Assembly: GCF_009914755.1 (NCBI RefSeq)
Contig: NC_060939.1
From: the human T2T-CHM13v2.0 reference genome, Homo sapiens
DNA length: 64,000 nt
Reading direction: 5' to 3' (one strand)
Of this stretch, positions 56,801-64,000 are shown piece by piece. Within the stretch, counting starts at the first letter, position 1. The number at the start of each line of letters is the position of its first letter. Position numbers and translations under genes: made by a program. Under the pieces are notes generated by a model that had not been told where the DNA came from, did no database searches, and was given only the letters and a program-made list of their open reading frames with translations.

Positions 56801-59800
56801 TTCCATTCCACTCGTTTCCTTTCCATTCGAGTCCATTCCTCTCCAGTCCATTCCGTTCAATCCATTCCATTCCAGTCCATTCCATTCGAGTCCGTTCCAT
56901 TCCAGTCCATTCCATTCGAGTCAATTCCATTCCATTCGATGTCTTTCCATAACGATCCATTCCATTCTATTCCTTTCGATTCCATTCCATTCTATTTCAT
57001 TCCATTCGATTCCCTTCCATTGGACTCCTTTCCATTCGAGTGCATTCCATTCCGTTCCATTTCTTTCCGTTCTGTACGATTCCTACCGTTCGATTTCATT
57101 TTGTTCCAGTCCATTCCTTTCGCGTCCATTCCATTCCATTTCACTCCATTCGATTCCATTCCACTCGATTCCACTTCGTTCCATTTCATTGCATTCCATT
57201 CTATTCAACTCTATTGCCTTCCATTCCATTCCATTCGATTACATTCCATGCGATTCCATTCGAAATCGAATCAATTACATTGCAATCCATTACTATTGAG
57301 TCCGTTTTATTCCAGTCCACTGCATTCTGGTCCATTCCATTTGATTCCATTCCATTCTATTCCATTCCATACAGTTGCATTCCATTGGATTCCATGCTAT
57401 ATCTATAAATTCAATTCGAGACCATTGCTTTTGAGTCCATTCTATATGATTCCATTCCATTCAAGTCCATTACATTTGGTTCAATTCCATTCCATTCCAT
57501 TCCCTTCCATTCCATTCCATTTGATATCAATCCATTCGATTCCATTCCATTCGAGCACATTCCATTCGAGTCCATTCCATTCGATGCCATTCCATTTGAT
57601 TCTATTCCATTAGTCTCCATTCAATTCCATTAATCTCCATTCCATTCCATTCTACTCCAACTGATTCCATTCCATTCTATTCCTTTCCATTCCATTTCAT
57701 TCCATTCCATTCCATTTCATTCCATTCCATTCCATTCGTGTCCATTCCACTCCAGTCCATTCCATTCGTGTCCATTCCATTCCAGTCCATTCCATTTGTG
57801 TCCACTGCATTCCATTCCACTCCATTCCATATTATTCCATTACACTCCATTCCATTCTATCTCTTTCATTTCCATTCAATTCCATTCCATTTGATTCCAT
57901 TCCACTCGGTTTCATTCCATTTGAGTCCACTCCATTCCATTCCATTGCATTCCATTCAGTTCCATTCCATTCTGTTCCATTCCATTCCGTTCCATTACAT
58001 TCCATTCCATTCGGTACCATTCCATATTGTTCCATTCGATTCCATTCGAATCCATTCCATTCCAGTCCATTCCATTCGATTCCATTCCATTCATTTCAAT
58101 TTCATTCCATTCCATTCCATTACATTCCACTTGATTCCTCTCCATTCCCTTCCACTGCATTCCGTTCGATTCCATTCCATTGCATTGCATTCCATTCCAT
58201 TGGATTGCATTCCATTCGATTCCATTCCATTCGAATCAATTACATAGCAATCCATTACATTCGAGTCTATTCTCTTCCGTTCCATTCGATTTCGTTCCAA
58301 TCCATTCGATTCCATTCCATTCGATTCCATTCCATACTATTGCATTCCATTCGATTACATTATCTTCGAATAAGTTCCATTCAAGACCATTTCTTTTGAG
58401 TCCATTCTATTTGAGTCCATTCCCTTTGATTCCATAACATTTGAGTCCATTCAATTCCATTCCTTTCGTTTCCATTCCATTTGATGCCATTCCATTCAAT
58501 TCTGTTCTACTCGACTCCAATACATTCAATTCCATTCCATCCGATTCCATTACATTCTTTTCATTTCTTATCCATTTCAAGCCATTCCACTCCATTCCAT
58601 TCCACTCGTTTCCTTTCCATTCGAGTCCATTCCTCTCCAGTCCATTCCGTTCAATCCATTCCATTCCAGTCCATTCCATTCGAGTCCGTTCCATTCCAGT
58701 CCATTCCATTCGAGTCAATTCCATTCCATTCGATGTCTTTCCATAACGATCCATTCCATTCTATTCCTTTCGATTCCATTCCATTCTATTTCATTCCATT
58801 CGATTCCCTTCCATTGGACTCCTTTCCATTCGAGTGCATTCCATTCCGTTCCATTTCTTTCCGTTCTGTACGATTCCTACCGTTCGATTTCATTTTGTTC
58901 CAGTCCATTCCTTTCGCGTCCATTCCATTCCATTTCACTCCATTCGATTCCATTCCACTCGATTCCACTTCGTTCCATTTCATTGCATTCCATTCTATTC
59001 AACTCTATTGCCTTCCATTCCATTCCATTCGATTACATTCCATGCGATTCCATTCGAAATCGAATCAATTACATTGCAATCCATTACTATTGAGTCCGTT
59101 TTATTCCAGTCCACTGCATTCTGGTCCATTCCATTTGATTCCATTCCATTCTATTCCATTCCATACAGTTGCATTCCATTGGATTCCATGCTATATCTAT
59201 AAATTCAATTCGAGACCATTGCTTTTGAGTCCATTCTATATGATTCCATTCCATTCAAGTCCATTACATTTGTTTCAATTCCATTCCATTCCATTCCCTT
59301 CCATTCCATTCCATTTGATATCAATCCATTCGATTCCATTCCATTCGAGCACATTCCATTCGAGTCCATTCCATTCGATGCCATTCCATTTGATTCTATT
59401 CCATTAGTCTCCATTCAATTCCATTAATCTCCATTCCATTCCATTCTACTCCAACTGATTCCATTCCATTCTATTCCTTTCCATTCCATTTCATTCCATT
59501 CCATTCCATTTCATTCCATTCCATTCCATTCGTGTCCATTCCACTCCAGTCCATTCCATTCGTGTCCATTCCATTCCAGTCCATTCCATTTGTGTCCACT
59601 GCATTCCATTCCACTCCATTCCATATTATTCCATTACACTCCATTCCATTCTATTACTTTCATTTCCATTCAATTCCATTCCATTTGATTCCATTCCACT
59701 CGGTTTCATTCCATTTGAGTCCACTCCATTCCATTCCATTCCATTCCATTCAGTTCCATTCCATTCTGTTCCATTCCATTCCGTTCCATTACATTCCATT

Positions 59801-62800
59801 CCATTCGGTACCATTCCATATTGTTCCATTCGATTCCATTCGAATCCATTCCATTCCAGTCCATTCCATTCGATTCCATTCCATTCATTTCAATTCCATT
59901 CCATTCCATTCCATTACATTCCACTTGATTCCTCTCCATTCCCTTCCACTGCATTCCGTTCGATTCCATTCCATTGCATTGCATTCCATTCCATTGGATT
60001 GCATTCCATTCGATTCCATTCCATTCGAATCAATTACATAGCAATCCATTACATTCGAGTCTATTCTCTTCCGTTCCATTCGATTTCGTTCCAATCCATT
60101 CGATTCCATTCCATTCGATTCCATTCCATACTATTGCATTCCATTCGATTACATTATATTCGAATAAGTTCCATTCAAGACCATTTCTTTTGAGTCCATT
60201 CTATTTGAGTCCATTCCCTTTGATTCCATAACATTTGAGTCCATTCAATTCCATTCCTTTCGTTTCCATTCCATTTGATGCCATTCCATTCAATTCTGTT
60301 CTACTCGACTCCAATACATTCAATTCCATTCCATCCGATTCCATTACATTCTTTTCATTTCTTATCCATTTCAAGCCATTCCACTCCATTCCATTCCACT
60401 CGTTTCCTTTCCATTCGAGTCCATTCCTCTCCAGTCCATTCCGTTCAATCCATTCCATTCCAGTCCATTCCATTCGAGTCCGTTCCATTCCAGTCCATTC
60501 CATTCGAGTCAATTCCATCCCATTCGATGTCTTTCCATAACGATCCATTCCATTCTATTCCTTTCGATTCCATTCCATTCTATTTCATTCCATTCGATTC
60601 CCTTCCATTGGACTCCTTTCCATTCGAGTGCATTCCATTCCGTTCCATTTATTTCCGTTCTGTACGATTCCTACCGTTCGATTTCATTTTGTTCCAGTCC
60701 ATTCCTTTCGCGTCCATTCCATTCCATTTCACTCCATTCGATTCCATTCCACTCGATTCCACTTCGTTCCATTTCATTGCATTCCATTCTATTCAACTCT
60801 ATTGCCTTCCATTCCATTCCATTCGATTACATTCCATGCGATTCCATTCGAAATCGAATCAATTACATTGCAATCCATTACTATTGAGTCCGTTTTATTC
60901 CAGTCCACTGCATTCTGGTCCATTCCATTTGATTCCATTCCATTCTATTCCATTCCATACAGTTGCATTCCATTGGATTCCATGCTATATCTATAAATTC
61001 AATTCGAGACCATTGCTTTTGAGTCCATTCTATATGATTCCATTCCATTCAAATCCATTACTTTTGGTTCAATTCCATTCCATTCCATTCCCTTCCATTC
61101 CATTCCATTTGATATCAATCCATTCGATTCCATTCCATTCGAGCACATTCCATTCGAGTCCATTCCATTCGATGCCATTCCATTTGATTCTATTCCATTA
61201 GTCTCCATTCAATTCCATTAATCTCCATTCCATTCCATTCTATTCCAACTGATTCCATTCCATTCTATTCCTTTCCATTCCATTTCATTCCATTCCATTC
61301 CATTTCATTCCATTCCATTCCATTCGTGTCCATTCCACTCCAGTCCATTCCATTCGTGTCCATTCCATTCCAGTCCATTCCATTTGTGTCCACTGCATTC
61401 CATTCCACTCCATTCCATATTATTCCATTACACTCCATTCCATTCTATCACTTTCATTTCCATTCAATTCCATTCCATTTGATTCCATTCCACTCGGTTT
61501 CATTCCATTTGAGTCCACTCCATTCCATTCCATTGCATTCCATTCAGTTCCATTCCATTCTGTTCCATTCCATTCCGTTCCATTACATTCCATTCCATTC
61601 GGTACCATTCCATATTGTTCCATTCGATTCCATTCGAATCCATTCCATTCCAGTCCATTCCATTCGATTCCATTCCATTCATTTCAATTCCATTCCATTC
61701 CATTCCATTACATTCCACTTGATTCCTCTCCATTCCCTTCCACTGCATTCCGTTCGATTCCATTCCATTGCATTGCATTCCATTCCATTGGATTGCATTC
61801 CATTCGATTCCATTCCATTCGAATCAATTACATAGCAATCCATTACATTCGAGTCTATTCTATTCCGTTCCATTCGATTTCGTTCCAATCCATTCGATTC
61901 CATTCCATTCGATTCCATTCCATGCTATTGCATTCCATTCTATTACATTATATTCGAATAAGTTCCATTCAAGACCATTTCTTTTGAGTCCATTCTATTT
62001 GAGTCCATTCCCTTTGATTCCATAACATTTGAGTCCATTCAATTCCATTCCTTTCGTTTCCATTCCATTTGATGCCATTCCATTCAATTCTGTTCTACTC
62101 GACTCCAATACATTCAATTCCATTCCATCCGATTCCATTACATTCTTTTCATTTCTTATCCATTTCAAGCCATTCCACTCCATTCCATTCCACTCGTTTC
62201 CTTTCCATTCGAGTCCATTCCTCTCCAGTCCATTCCGTTCAATCCATTCCATTCCAGTCCATTCCATTCGAGTCCGTTCCATTCCAGTCCATTCCATTCG
62301 AGTCAATTCCATTCCATTCGATGTCTTTCCATAACGATCCATTCCATTCTATTCCTTTCGATTCCATTCCATTCTATTTCATTCCATTCGATTCCCTTCC
62401 ATTGGACTCCTTTCCATTCGAGTGCATTCCATTCCGTTCCATTTCTTTCCGTTCTGTACGATTCCTACCGTTCGATTTCATTTTGTTCCAGTCCATTCCT
62501 TTCGCGTCCATTCCATTCCATTTCACTCCATTCGATTCCATTCCACTCGATTCCACTTCGTTCCATTTCATTGCATTCCATTCTATTCAACTCTATTGCC
62601 TTCCATTCCATTCCATTCGATTACATTCCATGCGATTCCATTCGAAATCGAATCAATTACATTGCAATCCATTACAATTGAGTCCGTTTTATTCCAGTCC
62701 ACTGCATTCTGGTCCATTCCATTTGATTCCATTCCATTCTATTCCATTCCATACAGTTGCATTCCATTGGATTCCATGCTATATCTATAAATTCAATTCG

Positions 62801-64000
62801 AGACCATTGCTTTTGAGTCCATTCTATATGATTCCATTCCATTCAAATCCATTACATTTGGTTCAATTCCATTCCATTCCATTCCCTTCCATTCCATTCC
62901 ATTTGATATCAATCCATTCGATTCCATTCCATTCGAGCACATTCCATTCGAGTCCATTCCATTCGATGCCATTCCATTTGATTCTATTCCATTAGTCTCC
63001 ATTCAATTCCATTAATCTCCATTCCATTCCATTCTACTCCAACTGATTCCATTCCATTCTATTCCTTTCCATTCCATTTCATTCCATTCCATTCCATTTC
63101 ATTCCATTCCATTCCATTCGTGTCCATTCCACTCCAGTCCATTCCATTCGTGTCCATTCCATTCCAGTCCATTCCATTTGTCTCCACAGCATTCCATTCC
63201 ACTCCATTCCATATTATTCCATTACACTCCATTCCATTCTATCACTTTCATTTCCATTCAATTCCATTCCATTTGATTCCATTCCACTCGGTTTCATTCC
63301 ATTTGAGTCCACTCCATTCCATTCCATTGCATTCCATTCAGTTCCATTCCATTCTGTTCCATTCCATTCCGTTCCATTACATTCCATTCCATTCGGTACC
63401 ATTCCATATTGTTCCATTCGATTCCATTCGAATCCATTCCATTCCAGTCCATTCCATTCGATTCCATTCCATTCATTTCCATTCCATTCCATTCCATTCC
63501 ATTACATTCCACTTGATTCCTCTCCATTCCCTTCCACTGCATTCCGTTCGATTCCATTCCATTGCATTGCATTCCATTCCATTGGATTGCATTCCATTCG
63601 ATTCCATTCCATTCGAATCAATTACATAGCAATCCATTACATTCGAGTCTATTCTATTCCGTTCCATTCGATTTCGTTCCAATCCATTCGATTCCATTCC
63701 ATTCGATTCCATTCCATACTATTGCATTCCATTCGATTACATTATATTCGAATAAGTTCCATTCAAGACCATTTCTTTTGAGTCCATTCTATTTGAGTCC
63801 ATTCCCTTTGATTCCATAACATTTGAGTCCATTCAATTCCATTCCTTTCGTTTCCATTCCATTTGATGCCATTCCATTCAATTCTGTTCTACTCGACTCC
63901 AATACACCCAATTCCATTCCATCCGATTCCATTACATTCTTTTCATTTCTTATCCATTTCAAGCCATTCCACTCCATTCCATTCCACTCGTTTCCTTTCC

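Larger units (their letters stand above)
17700..57460 (+). repeat. Large duplication: ~17.7-34.2 kb repeated at ~41.0-57.5 kb (offset 23,262 bp)
   Basis: The ordered series of private variants and unit lengths (1794,1779,1794,1779,1779,1794...) recurs at +23262: units 22691/45953 (CAATCTATT), 24485/47747 (CCACACAG), 26264/49526, 29837/53099 (CTATGCC), 32682/55944 (CATTCTGTTCG). Confidence 0.88.
1..64000 (+). repeat. Human Satellite 3 (HSat3)-type pentameric satellite array, (CATTC)n on + / (GAATG)n on -
   Basis: Seen: continuous ATTCC pentamers with diverged variants (ATTCG, ATTTG, AGTCC, ACTCC, ATTGC) from base 1 to 64000, in one orientation and with no non-satellite insert. Knowledge: long runs of perfect CATTC are typical of HSat3; HSat2 is instead dominated by CATTCGATTC and TGATG-type motifs. 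Confidence 0.97.
1..64000 (+). repeat. 1,794-bp higher-order tandem repeat unit, ~35.7 copies (probable D15Z1/HSat3A5 1.8-kb KpnI repeat of chr15p)
   Basis: Seen: the same 308-codon pseudo-ORF starts at 1118, 2912, 4706, 6500, 8304 ... 60275, 62069 with modal spacing 1794. One GGTACC per unit (650, 2444 ... 63395) and one GATATC per unit (first at 190). Knowledge: D15Z1 is a Sat3 array with a 1.8-kb KpnI period. The period is certain; the chr15 assignment is an inference. Confidence 0.85.

Noticed and set aside
1-64000. CRISPR-like or other repeat-spacer system
   Set aside because: There are no unique spacers between constant repeats and no cas or other genes; all sequence is tandem satellite.
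1-64000. Identification as DYZ1 (Y), HSat2 (chr1/16), alpha satellite or telomeric repeat
   Set aside because: The basic period is 1,794 bp rather than ~3.6 kb, perfect CATTC runs dominate rather than HSat2-type motifs, and I saw no 171-bp monomers, CENP-B boxes or TTAGGG tracts.
1-64000. Hidden mobile-element insertion, inversion or unique island
   Set aside because: The spacing of all consecutive units is fully accounted for by 1794 plus -30, -15, +10 or +20, leaving no room for an insert, and strand polarity never flips.

Overview
The whole 64-kb window is one uninterrupted classical satellite array built from a diverged (CATTC)n/(GAATG)n pentamer, with the C-rich strand on + throughout. 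It matches primate Human Satellite 3 (HSat3). The pentamers form a 1,794-bp higher-order unit repeated about 35.7 times at very high identity, each unit with one KpnI site (GGTACC) and one EcoRV site (GATATC). A 1.8-kb KpnI-periodic HSat3 fits D15Z1/HSat3A5 on human chr15p; this is inferred from prior knowledge, not from an alignment. I saw no genes, RNA genes, transposons, inversions or unique sequence, and every ORF in the track is a by-product of the stop-poor pentamer (IPFHS/MEWNG repeats). I found no support for a novel gene system. The real structure is a nested duplication history read from unit-specific variants: an ancient 829+965-bp dimer inside the unit, length variants (1764/1779/1804/1814 bp), tandem duplications of 1, 2, 4, 4 and 9 units (1794, 3573, 7206, 7161, 16101 bp), and recombinant mosaic units near the 3' end. 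Comparisons were made by eye and from the ORF track, so breakpoints are approximate.
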